Shown here in pieces: positions 1 through 9,945 of a stretch of DNA of 64,000 nt. Source of the DNA: Candidatus Micrarchaeota archaeon (GTDB lineage Archaea > Micrarchaeota > Micrarchaeia > Anstonellales > Bilamarchaeaceae). The notes beneath the pieces are model-generated. The model had not been told where the DNA came from. It searched no databases and saw only the letters and a list, made by a program, of their open reading frames with translations. A program made the translations under genes and the position numbers. The first letter of the stretch is position 1. Each line of letters begins with the position of its first letter. The stretch is taken from assembly GCA_043827025.1 (NCBI GenBank), contig JBDRPL010000005.1:53557-117556 (forward strand), read 5' to 3'.

Positions 1-2
1 CG

Positions 3-707
3 CAATCTAAGGGTTCGCATACTATTTATGTAAGATGCACTGACAGCATAGGCAACCTAGGAAATGAAACTTCAATCGCATTCAATGTTACAAAGCCAAT
101 AAAGCCAATTTTGTTTATTCAGGATGCGGCAGGTGCAACTGCAACTGAAACTTATTGGAAGAGTTGGATAAGTGGCCACACTTCAGCACAAGGATATAAT
201 TGGTCCTACGATGTCAGTAATGTGGCGGATGTGACTGGTGGAGTGACTGATCCAACTGGCTACAAGATTGTTGTGATGGCGGAATATCCGAATGGAAACG
301 CCCTACTTAATAGCAATTTAACAAATTACAAAACAGGTGGAGGATATGTGGTGTTATTAGCAAATGCACTTCAAAGAGGCCCACAGAATCTTGGGCTTAC
401 AGGATCAACAGGGAATCAACAAAGCAGAAATGAGATGGAGATCATTACGGCCCATAATATAACCACTGGTTACACCGTAGGCATCCAGTACACGATTCAA
501 AACTCAAATCAAAATATTTATTACAACAACAATCTGGTGACAAATATAGGCGCTATGGAAACAGGAAGTACCAGAACCATGCTTGGGGAAAATTCTAGGA
601 TTCTTACCTATGGACCAACAAGGCCAGATATATTCAATGCCGATGGGAACACCTTTGCAACAAGAGTGCTTGACTGGGCGCTTGCTCAATCAACAATAGC
701 AGGTTGA
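3..707 (+). CDS. C-terminal part of a large secreted/surface protein (5' end outside window), pilus-locus associated
   Basis: Frame is open back to the window edge (QSKGSHTIYVRCTDSIGN, Ig-like repeat style); Asn/Thr/Gly-rich; stop lies 4 nt before the pilin gene. Confidence 0.7.
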   Translation, partial: QSKGSHTIYVRCTDSIGNLGNETSIAFNVTKPIKPILFIQDAAGATATETYWKSWISGHTSAQGYNWSYDVSNVADVTGGVTDPTGYKIVVMAEYPNGNALLNSNLTNYKTGGGYVVLLANALQRGPQNLGLTGSTGNQQSRNEMEIITAHNITTGYTVGIQYTIQNSNQNIYYNNNLVTNIGAMETGSTRTMLGENSRILTYGPTRPDIFNADGNTFATRVLDWALAQSTIAG

Positions 708-711
708 TTTC

Positions 712-1116
712 ATGAAAGGGCAGGCAAGTATGGAATTCCTTATCTTCGTATGCATTGGCATGTTCTTTCTTCTAATTTCAGTTGTTTTCTATGCGGACAG
801 AATCTTCGAGGTTTCTGAATTCCAGATTGTTTCTGAGATGAGAGGGATTTGCAACACCCTTTCAAGTTCAGCAAGCATGGTCTACACTGGGAAGGATGGA
901 ACAAACATCTCACTTTCCTTTCCAGAAGAGATATACGGAAAACCCTATTTTATCAGAGTCAACAGCATTGACAAGACAGTTGCAATTGCAAGGGACAATT
1001 CCACCATGGTCGCCTGTTCATTTTTCGTTAATGCCTCCAATGGCCTAAACAACACGTTCGAAGCATCAAAATCACCTGTTCTGCAGAACAGGAAAGGGGT
1101 GGTTGTGTTTGGCTAA
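712..1116 (+). CDS. Class III signal peptide pilin-like protein
   Basis: MKG|QASMEFLIF cleavage motif with E at +5, followed by a hydrophobic helix. Confidence 0.85.
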   Translation: MKGQASMEFLIFVCIGMFFLLISVVFYADRIFEVSEFQIVSEMRGICNTLSSSASMVYTGKDGTNISLSFPEEIYGKPYFIRVNSIDKTVAIARDNSTMVACSFFVNASNGLNNTFEASKSPVLQNRKGVVVFG

Positions 1117-1567
1117 TTCACTTGATTTCATGTTTTCCACATTCATCTTTCTGATAGTGTTCATGTATTTGATACTTCTTTATTCGAATTACGTTGACAA
1201 GTATAATATCGAAGAAGTAAAGAGGGCTTTGGAAAGCGAGGCTCTGTCAGCATCAGAAATACTTGTTAAGACCCAAGGTGTTCCATACAATTGGGAAAAA
1301 AATACGAGCCAGATATATTCGATTGGTTTGGCAAACAGCGAAAACGTGCTTGATGGTGATAAAGTATCATTCATCTCCAGCCTAAATTATGATTTGTTGA
1401 AAAATTATACTGGTTTTAGCAGGGATTATTACCTAAGATTGAAAACAATTTCAGGAACAACTGTTTTTGAGAAAGGCAATTCAACTGGTGAACTCTCGGT
1501 TTCCATAATACGCACTGTGATATATAACAATTCGATTGCGCGTCTGACGGTGAGGCTCTATGGTTAA
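1109..1567 (+). CDS. Pilin-like membrane-anchored protein
   Basis: SLDF plus N-terminal hydrophobic helix; TxGxPxNW motif; TTG start after GGGGTGG; overlaps neighbours. Confidence 0.7.
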   Translation: MANSLDFMFSTFIFLIVFMYLILLYSNYVDKYNIEEVKRALESEALSASEILVKTQGVPYNWEKNTSQIYSIGLANSENVLDGDKVSFISSLNYDLLKNYTGFSRDYYLRLKTISGTTVFEKGNSTGELSVSIIRTVIYNNSIARLTVRLYG

Positions 1568-1952
1568 TTTCACTGTTGATGCGCTTTTCGCAGTTCTCAT
1601 TGCCATAATCTTCCTTTTTGCAATAGGAGGGTTCATATCGGAAACAGACAAATTTCAGGATTCCTATGTCATCAACGATATCCTCATAGTCCTTGACAAG
1701 CAAAACACACTATCGACATTTGATTCTGCGACAATCAACAACTCTCTTGACATTCTTTTAGATGCAAATTATAGGTTAGAGATCACAACTTATAATGCGA
1801 CGTCATTTGCTTTGCTAAGAAACATGGCGATTGGGCAGAATCTTCCGCAGATCAATGACTATGAGATAATGACTGCTGACAGGTATTTTGTGCAGTCTGC
1901 AGGAAATCGGATACAGAACCTGTCAAAGGCGAGGTTGTACGCATGGCGCTGA
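1560..1952 (+). CDS. Pilin-like membrane-anchored protein
   Basis: FTVDALFA plus hydrophobic helix; overlapping operon arrangement. Confidence 0.7.
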   Translation: MVNFTVDALFAVLIAIIFLFAIGGFISETDKFQDSYVINDILIVLDKQNTLSTFDSATINNSLDILLDANYRLEITTYNATSFALLRNMAIGQNLPQINDYEIMTADRYFVQSAGNRIQNLSKARLYAWR

Positions 1953-2737
1953 CTTCAAACAATGGAACAACGAATGCCAAGAAAGGCATATTTCTTGTAG
2001 TATCAGTGTTTGTGATGATGCTTGCCTTGTTTGCCATGTCATCTCTTTTGTACAACATACAAACTCAGAAGAAGAATGCGATGTCAGGCACGCTTTTGCT
2101 TTCGACAATGAATGAAAAGGCTTCAAACCTTGGTTACATAGCAGGAAAAATCTATTCTTCATCAGGAAGGTCAGTAAGCAGGTTTGGGGATTATGTTCAG
2201 ATAATACAGGATGATAATCTTTCTTCCAACTTGGACTATAACCTTAACCTAATAGTTTCATTGACTAATTTTACAAATTCGTCCCTTTCAATATCTGACA
2301 AGCGAAGGGTTTATTTCGGTGAACAGCAGGCTCAATTCATTTACTTTTCTGTTCCCAATACCACGATAAACGTAAATACCACTTATCTTCATATAGGTGT
2401 GCATATGTCCTGCACCAACCTTTCATCTTCCTGGTCTTCAAGAAGTTCAGGGAATAGAAATGTCTCAGTATATGTTGACTGCACGAATTCCGGATCCTAC
2501 GTCAGTGTTTTGGATAGCATACAATCAGGCATTTTGAATGTCACTGATAGTGGAGAAACTGTAATTTCAATAGACGTGAATGACAGGGTGCAAATCATGA
2601 AATACAGAGGCGCATATTTAAATATGATAACGAAGATGAATGAAACATCTCCTGCAGGCTTAAACGGTTCGATATCCGTTTCAAGAGGCAGTGCAAACAA
2701 GAATTCGATATTATGGATGGATGGCTATGTTGGTTAG
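1943..2737 (+). CDS. Class III signal peptide protein (minor pilin)
   Basis: KKG|IFLVV followed by a hydrophobic helix; many N-x-S/T sequons. Confidence 0.75.
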   Translation: MALTSNNGTTNAKKGIFLVVSVFVMMLALFAMSSLLYNIQTQKKNAMSGTLLLSTMNEKASNLGYIAGKIYSSSGRSVSRFGDYVQIIQDDNLSSNLDYNLNLIVSLTNFTNSSLSISDKRRVYFGEQQAQFIYFSVPNTTINVNTTYLHIGVHMSCTNLSSSWSSRSSGNRNVSVYVDCTNSGSYVSVLDSIQSGILNVTDSGETVISIDVNDRVQIMKYRGAYLNMITKMNETSPAGLNGSISVSRGSANKNSILWMDGYVG

Positions 2738-3371
2738 TGAATTGATGAGGAAGGAGTTTATTTCCATAGATGCAAATCAGAGCCTGCTTTACATCATAAA
2801 ATTGTTTGCGAAACATGGTGTACATGAGGCTCCTGTCATAAACAATAAGCTTTTCCTTGGCCTTGTTTCGGATAGGGAGATATCTCGTGCAATTGTCAGC
2901 AGGCCGTGGTTCAAGAAACCCTTCATGAAATCACGCGATGATTTTGAGGGGCTAAAGGCAATCGATGTTGTCAATAAATCTCCCCTTAAACTCAAGCCTG
3001 ATGACTCTGTGATTAATGCCATACTTGACATGGGTTCAAAACACATTAACATAATCCCTGTTCTTGATAAAGGAGTGCTTGTAGGCATAATTACTGGAAA
3101 GGATATAATCCAGTATCTTTCCCTAGATATTGCTAAACAAACAATTTCCAAAACAGATGACTCTACTGTCAAGTCGCTCATAGATTCCTTTCTTTTGATA
3201 ATAAGGAACTCAAAGAAGATAAATGCGCAGAAGGTTGCGAAGATGCTTAAGATACGGGTGGAAAAGGCTGAAGAGATTGCAAAAGCGCTTGAATCGCACC
3301 ATCTTATAGCGATTGAATATTCTCTTTCAGGAAACATGATTTTGAGGGATAAAAATGCTGGACAAATATAA
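2721..3371 (+). CDS. CBS-pair protein with C-terminal winged-helix-like domain
   Basis: Two CBS repeats (APVI..GLVSDREI; IPVLD.G.LVGIITGKDI); C-terminal VAKMLKI..AEEIAKALE; start reassigned to ATG 2721 (or 2727). Confidence 0.8.
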   Translation: MAMLVSELMRKEFISIDANQSLLYIIKLFAKHGVHEAPVINNKLFLGLVSDREISRAIVSRPWFKKPFMKSRDDFEGLKAIDVVNKSPLKLKPDDSVINAILDMGSKHINIIPVLDKGVLVGIITGKDIIQYLSLDIAKQTISKTDDSTVKSLIDSFLLIIRNSKKINAQKVAKMLKIRVEKAEEIAKALESHHLIAIEYSLSGNMILRDKNAGQI

Positions 3372-4824
3372 CATTCGTGAAAACCATACTACTTTGCAGG
3401 TGACCATAGACAAGGACGAAACATCATACACTGACGTTTATAAGTTGTCAATCCCAAAAATATCCGAAGCAACTCTTGCTTATGTAGACAGCATAAAAAC
3501 AGACCTTTTGAAAGACATCACCATCTCAAAGACGGAGATACTTGATGAATCCAAAATGGATGTGCTTAAACAATATTTACATTCAGAAGCAACAAAAAGG
3601 CAGAAATCTTTCATGCCTGATGCTGATGAGGACACATTATGCTACGTTTCTTGTACAATCGTTAGGGATATGCTTGGGCTTGGGGAGATCGAGTTTCTTC
3701 TTGCAGATGAAAATCTTGAGGAAATATGCGTGAATGGGGCGCAATTCGCAATCTGGGTATATCATAAAAAGCATGGCTGGCTGAAAACGAATCTCAAACC
3801 AAAAAGCGAGATGGAAATACGGAATTATTCAGCATCCATAGGCCGAAGGGTGGGCAGGCAAATAACGGTCCAGGACCCTCTTTTAGACGCCCATTTGATC
3901 ACAGGCGACCGTGTCAATGCGACCCTCTCGCCAATATCTGCATTTGGAAACACAATCACCATAAGAAAGTTTGCAAGAAAACCCTGGACTGTTGTGGACC
4001 TTATCAAGAATGGAACACTTGATTTTGAATCAACCGCATTTCTGTGGATGTGTCTTCAGTATGAATTGAATCTCATAGTTTCAGGGGGAACAGGCTCAGG
4101 AAAAACCTCGTTTCTCAATTCTCTTTCATCATTTTTCCCTCCAAACCAAAGAACCATAAGCATAGAGCAGACAAGGGAGATAGTTCTTCCAAAATACCTG
4201 CAATGGGTGCCATTGGTTATAAGGGAAGCCACGGGCGAAGGGAAAGGCCAGGTCGGCATGCTTGACCTTATGATAAATTCATTAAGAATGAGGCCTGACC
4301 GCATCATAGTCGGCGAAGTCAGGTCGAGCGATGAGGCCCAGGTGCTATTCGAAGCAATGCATACTGGCCATTCTGTTTACGCAACAATGCATGCAGAAAC
4401 TGCCTATGAATCTCTCAGAAGGCTGACAAATAAGCCAATTGATATTCCTTCGGTTGTGCTTGGCTCATTGCATCTTATTGCAGTGATGTATCGCGACAGG
4501 CGCTCTGGAATACGCCGTCTTTTTGAGGTTGTAGAATTGCTTCCAACTGAAAGGAAAGAGGACATGTCCATACGTTTCCTCTATAAATGGAGGCCGTTTA
4601 AGGACACTATCTCCACAAGTGAAAACAGTGTAAGGTGTTTTGATACGATAAAGACATTCACAAGGATGGATGAGGATGCTATCAAAAGAGATCTTGCTGA
4701 AAAAGAGCAGATCCTAAGGTGGCTTGTAAAGAATGATGTTAATGATGTTGATAAATTCGGTGCGCAGATAGGCGAGTATTATTTCGATAAGGAAGCGTTC
4801 CTCAAGAAATTGAAAATTAAATAG
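3355..4824 (+). CDS. Type II/IV secretion (pilus assembly) ATPase, CpaF/TadA/FlaI family
   Basis: GGTGSGKT Walker A, RMRPDRIIVGEVR, HTGH His box. Confidence 0.95.
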   Translation: MLDKYNIRENHTTLQVTIDKDETSYTDVYKLSIPKISEATLAYVDSIKTDLLKDITISKTEILDESKMDVLKQYLHSEATKRQKSFMPDADEDTLCYVSCTIVRDMLGLGEIEFLLADENLEEICVNGAQFAIWVYHKKHGWLKTNLKPKSEMEIRNYSASIGRRVGRQITVQDPLLDAHLITGDRVNATLSPISAFGNTITIRKFARKPWTVVDLIKNGTLDFESTAFLWMCLQYELNLIVSGGTGSGKTSFLNSLSSFFPPNQRTISIEQTREIVLPKYLQWVPLVIREATGEGKGQVGMLDLMINSLRMRPDRIIVGEVRSSDEAQVLFEAMHTGHSVYATMHAETAYESLRRLTNKPIDIPSVVLGSLHLIAVMYRDRRSGIRRLFEVVELLPTERKEDMSIRFLYKWRPFKDTISTSENSVRCFDTIKTFTRMDEDAIKRDLAEKEQILRWLVKNDVNDVDKFGAQIGEYYFDKEAFLKKLKIK

Positions 4825-4833
4825 TGTAGGGTT

Positions 4834-5718
4834 ATGCAAATGAGGGTTCCGTTTATATTGCCTGACAGGCTTTCAGACATTCTTTCAAGGCCATTTAGCA
4901 TTCCAATGGCATATCTAGCAAAGCTTTTCCCTGAAACTTCAGGTGCGCTTGAGCTTTCTGAAATAAAAATGAAGGACGTGGAATATCTGAGAAAGGCGCT
5001 GATAAATGCGTTTTTCGTAGGAATCATCCTTGGTTTTTCATTCTATCTCTTTGCTTTCAGGATGAAAGTTTCAGATTCAATCCTATTTTTTGGCTCGATA
5101 TTCTTTGGTGTTGCATTGTTTTTTGGATATTTCTTTTATCTTGTAATATTTCCTAACTGGCTGATTGTGAAAAGATCTCAGGAAATAGACGAATACCTTA
5201 TATTTGCAATGAGGCACATTTCCGTGCAGGTGAGTGCAGGTGTTCCTGTTTTTGATGCCATTCAGTCAGCATCAACAGGTTATGGGGCAGTTTCCAAAGA
5301 ATTTAGAAAAATAGTTACAAATGTCAACGGGGGCCAGGATTTTGCTGATGCCATAGATGAGAGTGCAGAAAAATCCCCATCAACATATTACAGGAGGATA
5401 ATGTGGCAACTTTCCAACTCAACCCGGTCAGGCTATGCTATAAAAGACATACTAAAGGAATTGGTTGATTTCCTAACTGATGACCAAAAAACAAGGCTCA
5501 AGAAATTCGGTTCTGAGTTGAATGTCATTTCCATATTTTATCTTTCAACTGCAATCATACTTCCAACATTGGGGTTGATATTCGTAATAATCGCCTCTTC
5601 TTTCGGAGTAGTGAGTCCAAATACTGCAGTACTTTCGATGTTTGTATTTCTTATAACTCTTTTCAATTTGATATTTCTAGGGTTGATAAAGTCCAAGAGG
5701 CCAAGGGGGATAATGTAA
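4834..5718 (+). CDS. Type II secretion system F / TadB-C-like platform protein
   Basis: SAGVP..AI..YGAVSKEF T2SSF signature; multiple TM helices. Confidence 0.9.
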   Translation: MQMRVPFILPDRLSDILSRPFSIPMAYLAKLFPETSGALELSEIKMKDVEYLRKALINAFFVGIILGFSFYLFAFRMKVSDSILFFGSIFFGVALFFGYFFYLVIFPNWLIVKRSQEIDEYLIFAMRHISVQVSAGVPVFDAIQSASTGYGAVSKEFRKIVTNVNGGQDFADAIDESAEKSPSTYYRRIMWQLSNSTRSGYAIKDILKELVDFLTDDQKTRLKKFGSELNVISIFYLSTAIILPTLGLIFVIIASSFGVVSPNTAVLSMFVFLITLFNLIFLGLIKSKRPRGIM

Positions 5719-6650
5719 TGATTGTCGAAAACATAGGAACACTTTTGAAATATTGCGACATCGATATCAATGCAAGGAAGTTTCTTCTTTTTGTGATCTG
5801 GTTCCCATTAGGCATTTCCTTAGTATTCCCTATCATGTTTAATGCAGACCTCTTGCTTGGTTTCGTACTTTTCATAGTTTCATCAGTATTTATAGTGCTA
5901 ACTATTTTTGCTTACCTGTATATGATAAAGAACAAAAGGGCAGAGCTTGTAGAGGCTAACCTTCCGGATTATCTTTTGCTTGTTGCCAATAACATAAGGA
6001 GCGGGATACCTCCTGAAAAGGCGCTCATGATCTCAGCTAAAAAAGAGTTTGGCGTATTAAGCAAGGAAGTTATGGGTGTGATGAAGCTTTCCTTTTCAGG
6101 TAAGTCCTTGGAAGAGATTCTTCCGGAGATAAGTGCAAGGATAGACTCTGAGGTTCTCAGAAATTCCATAAACCTGATTGTCGAAGGGATGCAATCTGGA
6201 GGAGAATTGCCTTCGCTTCTTGAAAGGACGTCCTATGACCTAAGGAGCTTTGAATCAGTGAGAAAAGACATAAAATCAGTCATAACTACCTATGAATTGT
6301 TTATTGCAGCTGCAGCTTCATTTGCAGCGCCTTTGTTGCTTGCAACATCCACTTACATCGTTCAGATAATGACCTCTTTAAAGTCAAGGATTCCGGAGGA
6401 CATTGCAGCAGGTTCTATTCCAGTTTTCAAGCAAAGCGAGATTGCAATAACCTCGGATGACCTTCTTATATTTTCATTTGTCTCCATCTTCATCACTGCA
6501 TTTTTTGCATCTCTTGCAATTGGCTTGATGTCAAAAGGAAAAATAGTTGAAGGTGTAAAGAGCATTCCAATGCTTGTGGCTTTGGGGTTAGCACTTTTTT
6601 TCATATTCAGGCTGCTTCTCCAGGGGATGCTTGGGAATCTTATTGTCTAG
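5718..6650 (+). CDS. Type II secretion system F / TadC-like platform protein
   Basis: LPDYL..NIRSG.PPEKAL..EFG.LS; SGG.L..LLE; TM helices. Confidence 0.9.
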   Translation: MIVENIGTLLKYCDIDINARKFLLFVIWFPLGISLVFPIMFNADLLLGFVLFIVSSVFIVLTIFAYLYMIKNKRAELVEANLPDYLLLVANNIRSGIPPEKALMISAKKEFGVLSKEVMGVMKLSFSGKSLEEILPEISARIDSEVLRNSINLIVEGMQSGGELPSLLERTSYDLRSFESVRKDIKSVITTYELFIAAAASFAAPLLLATSTYIVQIMTSLKSRIPEDIAAGSIPVFKQSEIAITSDDLLIFSFVSIFITAFFASLAIGLMSKGKIVEGVKSIPMLVALGLALFFIFRLLLQGMLGNLIV

Positions 6651-6668
6651 TATTTGCTAGAATATTTT

Positions 6669-7199
6669 CTAGATTTTTATAACTTTATCACAGAGCTGGG
6701 ATATTGTAGGAGTCATCTTTTCAATCTTTGGGTCGTTGATGCCTATTGCAATTGCTTTTATTCCAAGTATTTTTGATTTCTTCATTAGGTAATAAAAGAA
6801 ACGCGTTGTTGTATCCACTTCATTGTAAAGTGTAGTGCCATTTATCAAATCAAATATTATGAATTTGAATCTGCCAGTGTTCAGGTTTTTCGTCATCAAT
6901 ATAGATAGTTCTGTAAGTGATCCTGGGCTTTTTATCCTTGTAAGTCCTTCTGCGTCGTTTTTTCCAGTTGCAATTATTTGAACCTTGGATTTATCTATGC
7001 CCTGTTTTTTGAAATCCTCAAGTATCGAATTGAAATCTTTGTTAGTACTTACATATATTCCAGCCATCTTTTGCTTTGAAATCAGGTTTTTCAAGAGTTT
7101 TGATGAAAGATAGGCGTAATCTTCAGTATTGGTCAAAACAATGGCGCTGTTTATTTTTTTGATTACACCCAACTCGGAATATTGGTTCTTCATGTTCAC
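6669..7199 (-). CDS. Degenerate RecA/KaiC-fold protein lacking Walker A
   Basis: GIYVSTNK, FIIFD, SQLCDKVI pattern of short KaiC-like domains. Confidence 0.6.
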   Translation of the reverse strand: MNMKNQYSELGVIKKINSAIVLTNTEDYAYLSSKLLKNLISKQKMAGIYVSTNKDFNSILEDFKKQGIDKSKVQIIATGKNDAEGLTRIKSPGSLTELSILMTKNLNTGRFKFIIFDLINGTTLYNEVDTTTRFFYYLMKKSKILGIKAIAIGINDPKIEKMTPTISQLCDKVIKI

Positions 7200-7768
7200 T
7201 GCCTCTTCCTGCCATATTGCTCGTAAAACACCAATTCTTCCAAGGATTTCCTTTCCTTTTCTTTCTGATATGCTCCTTTTTTCTCATAACCAAGGCCAAT
7301 GCCAAGTATCGCTTCCTTATCTTTTGGAACGTTCAGGAGCCTGTTCGTTTCATTAACCTTGAGCGAAAGGATGCAGTTGCCAATGCCAAGCGAAGTTGCC
7401 TCGAAACACATGCTTGTCAATGCTGCACCTGAATTAAGATACCTGTGCTTTGGAAAAATCCCCATTGCTTCTGCATGGGCAGCTGCCTTTTCCTTAGTAT
7501 GGACTTCTTCGCTCAGTATGACAAGTATTACTTTGGGTATGGAATGGAAGAAACCATAGTAAACAGAATCCATTATTTTTTCGATTTTCTTTTTGTCTCT
7601 GACCACTATAAAATACCAGGGTTGGCTGTTCAATGAACTTGGAGATAACCTGCCCGCCTCAAGAATCTTGGTTATGTCTGTTTCTTTGACATTCTAGTCT
7701 GTGAACTCATAGGTTGTCTTCCGTTCATTCGCCAGCTTGAGAAAATCGCATCTTTTGTTGAATAGCAT
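7196..7768 (-). pseudogene. Nitroreductase family gene interrupted by an in-frame TAG at 7694-7696
   Basis: Read from ATG 7768: MLFNKRCDFLKLANERKTTYEFTD*NVKETDITKILEAGRLSPSSLNSQPWYFIVV; SPS..N.QPW.F, ATSLGIG and GLGY motifs. Confidence 0.8.
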
Positions 7769-7777
7769 GTTCTCGCC

Positions 7778-8578
7778 TCAGAATATCTCTGCATCAGGAT
7801 AAACTTCAATGCCTTCCTTCTTGATCTCCATTGGCAGGAGCCTTAATGGATGTTCAGTGAAGTCTAATTTCCTTATCTGCAATGCCCTTACGTATATTGC
7901 CTGGTCTGATTTTGCTATCAGGTGAAGCATGAATACTCCGTTTGCAACAAATTCCTCGAATCCGCTTGCAGAGAATGCCCTTTCCCCTTCCTTTACATCT
8001 GAAATGGCAAGAGCAGTGCATCCTCTTTTTCGCATTATTGTTCTAAGCTGTGACAGTGCTTTCCTTACATCATAAGTGCTTTCAAAATATGCAGTTATGA
8101 AACTGAAGGGGTTTACAACAACTCTTTTAGCCCCCATCTTTTCCACTTCATCTTCTATTAATTCTTTGAGAACATCAAACCTATAAACCTCAGGCCTTAG
8201 GACAACTAATTTCTTCTCTTTTATAAGTTTTCTAAGGTCTGGCCAGTGCATTTCCATTGCTTCTATAACTTCGTCGACTTCTTCTTCTAAGCTAATGTAT
8301 AATCCTGGTTCGCCATTCTGCGCGCCATAGTAAAGGAACTGCATGGCAAAGGTTGCCTTTCCGCTTCCAGAATAGCCTGAAAGGAGATTAAGCGTTCCTA
8401 CAGGTATTCCGCCTTCAATTACAGAATCAAGGCCTTCAATGCCTGTTTTGCACCTTTCTTTTTTCTTAGGCTCCTTTTGTGTCTTTTCAATTTTTTCAGC
8501 AGTACCTTTTGGAACCTCAGCTTTCTGTTTCATCCTTGCTGCAAGCTCTTTTGTCTTGTTACGTTTCTTCGAAGGCAT
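7778..8578 (-). CDS. KaiC/RAD55-like RecA-superfamily ATPase
   Basis: TGIEGLD..GGIP, GYSGSGKAT, GEPGLYISLEE, RALQIRK. Confidence 0.9.
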   Translation of the reverse strand: MPSKKRNKTKELAARMKQKAEVPKGTAEKIEKTQKEPKKKERCKTGIEGLDSVIEGGIPVGTLNLLSGYSGSGKATFAMQFLYYGAQNGEPGLYISLEEEVDEVIEAMEMHWPDLRKLIKEKKLVVLRPEVYRFDVLKELIEDEVEKMGAKRVVVNPFSFITAYFESTYDVRKALSQLRTIMRKRGCTALAISDVKEGERAFSASGFEEFVANGVFMLHLIAKSDQAIYVRALQIRKLDFTEHPLRLLPMEIKKEGIEVYPDAEIF

Positions 8579-8673
8579 GAATAAAGCACCAATCTAATAT
8601 TTAAAAATCATACTGTCTTCTGAAATCTGCTGTTTTTCATAAAACATTTAAACATTTCCTGTTCATTATACTT

Positions 8674-9825
8674 ATGAAAAGGAATGTCACAGTCAACTAT
8701 TTTCCTAAACCTAATTTGGATATCGAATTCGTGGAACGAAAGGGCCTTGGTCATCCTGATTCTTTGACTGATGGAATAGTTGAGTTGATATCAAGGGAGC
8801 TTTGCAAGTATTATCTTGATCATTTTGGAACAATACTTCACCACAATGTTGACAAGGCTCAGTTGATTGCAGGGAATGTGGTTCGCAAGAAATTCATCAA
8901 ACCAATCAGGTTTGTTTTGGGAGGAAGGGCAACAGATTCCTTCAAGGGAAAGAAGATTCCTGTAAAAGAAATCGCAGAAAACTCTGTTGAGTTATATCTT
9001 TCTAAGATAGTGCCTCAACTGAAATCTAAAGACTATATTATTGATTGCTATATTGCTCCTGGTTCTGCAGACCTTAATGAGTTGTTTTTAAGAAAATCGA
9101 AGGTGCCACTGGCTAATGATACTTCTTTTGGGGTTGGCTATGCCCCCTATTCTGAGCTGGATGCTTTGGTCCTATCTGTTGAGAAATATTTAAATTCAGA
9201 GTATGCAGATAGACATTCCTATATAGGGTCCGACATCAAAGTCATGGGATTCAGGGAAAACAACAGGATAGGTTTGACACTTTCAGTTGCTTTCATCTCA
9301 AAATTCGTTCCATCCATTGACAGCTATTTAAAATACAAGGAAAAACTGGCTTCAGATGTTCTAAGGTATGCTGAAAAAACAATAAAAAAGAAGATCATGG
9401 TACAGATAAATACTGCTGATGACCCTAAAAACAAGTCTGTTTATTTGACTTTATCCGGCACAAGTGCTGAAATGGGGGATGATGGAGAGGTTGGCAGAGG
9501 CAATCGGGTTAATGGTTTAATTACACCTGGAAAGCCAATGAGTTTGGAGGCAGCTGCTGGTAAAAATCCAGTAACGCATGTTGGTAAGCTATATAACATA
9601 CTGGCATTTGAAACTGCCAAACAAATTTCAGAGGAATTGGATACCTATGCAGAAATCTATCTGCTTTCTTTTATCGGGACACCAATCAATGTTCCAAAAG
9701 CAGCATACCTAAAGATTTCAAGGAAAAATATAGAAAAGAAAGCCCAGTATATTCTCTCAAAGAATATCGAGGATATCCAGGATTTGACTTCAAAGCTAGT
9801 CTCTGGGAAATTAAGCATTTTCTAG
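8674..9825 (+). CDS. mat: S-adenosylmethionine synthetase, archaeal type
   Basis: [52 protein letters not shown]. Confidence 0.97.
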   Translation: MKRNVTVNYFPKPNLDIEFVERKGLGHPDSLTDGIVELISRELCKYYLDHFGTILHHNVDKAQLIAGNVVRKKFIKPIRFVLGGRATDSFKGKKIPVKEIAENSVELYLSKIVPQLKSKDYIIDCYIAPGSADLNELFLRKSKVPLANDTSFGVGYAPYSELDALVLSVEKYLNSEYADRHSYIGSDIKVMGFRENNRIGLTLSVAFISKFVPSIDSYLKYKEKLASDVLRYAEKTIKKKIMVQINTADDPKNKSVYLTLSGTSAEMGDDGEVGRGNRVNGLITPGKPMSLEAAAGKNPVTHVGKLYNILAFETAKQISEELDTYAEIYLLSFIGTPINVPKAAYLKISRKNIEKKAQYILSKNIEDIQDLTSKLVSGKLSIF

Positions 9826-9849
9826 CTTTCTAGAGGCGCGTTCGAGTTC

Positions 9850-9912
9850 GCATCTTAGCTAATACATTTGCTAAGATGTATGCATCCTAGCTAATCAATT
9901 GACTAAAATGCA
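9850..9912. repeat. Tandem pair of ~31-bp palindromic units upstream of the AAA ATPase
   Basis: CATCTTAGC-N10-GCTAAGATG (9851-9878) and a degenerate second copy at 9882-9912. Confidence 0.75.
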
Positions 9913-9945
9913 TATATTTTTAAAGCAAATAGACTTAATATACTC

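Noticed and set aside
3355..6650. Archaellum locus
   Set aside because: No recognisable archaellin or ArlF/G genes; two platform proteins and diverse pilins fit a pilus
7694..7696. Genome-wide TAG recoding
   Set aside because: Conserved genes (mat, glpX, pilus ATPase) end at TAG at plausible C-termini
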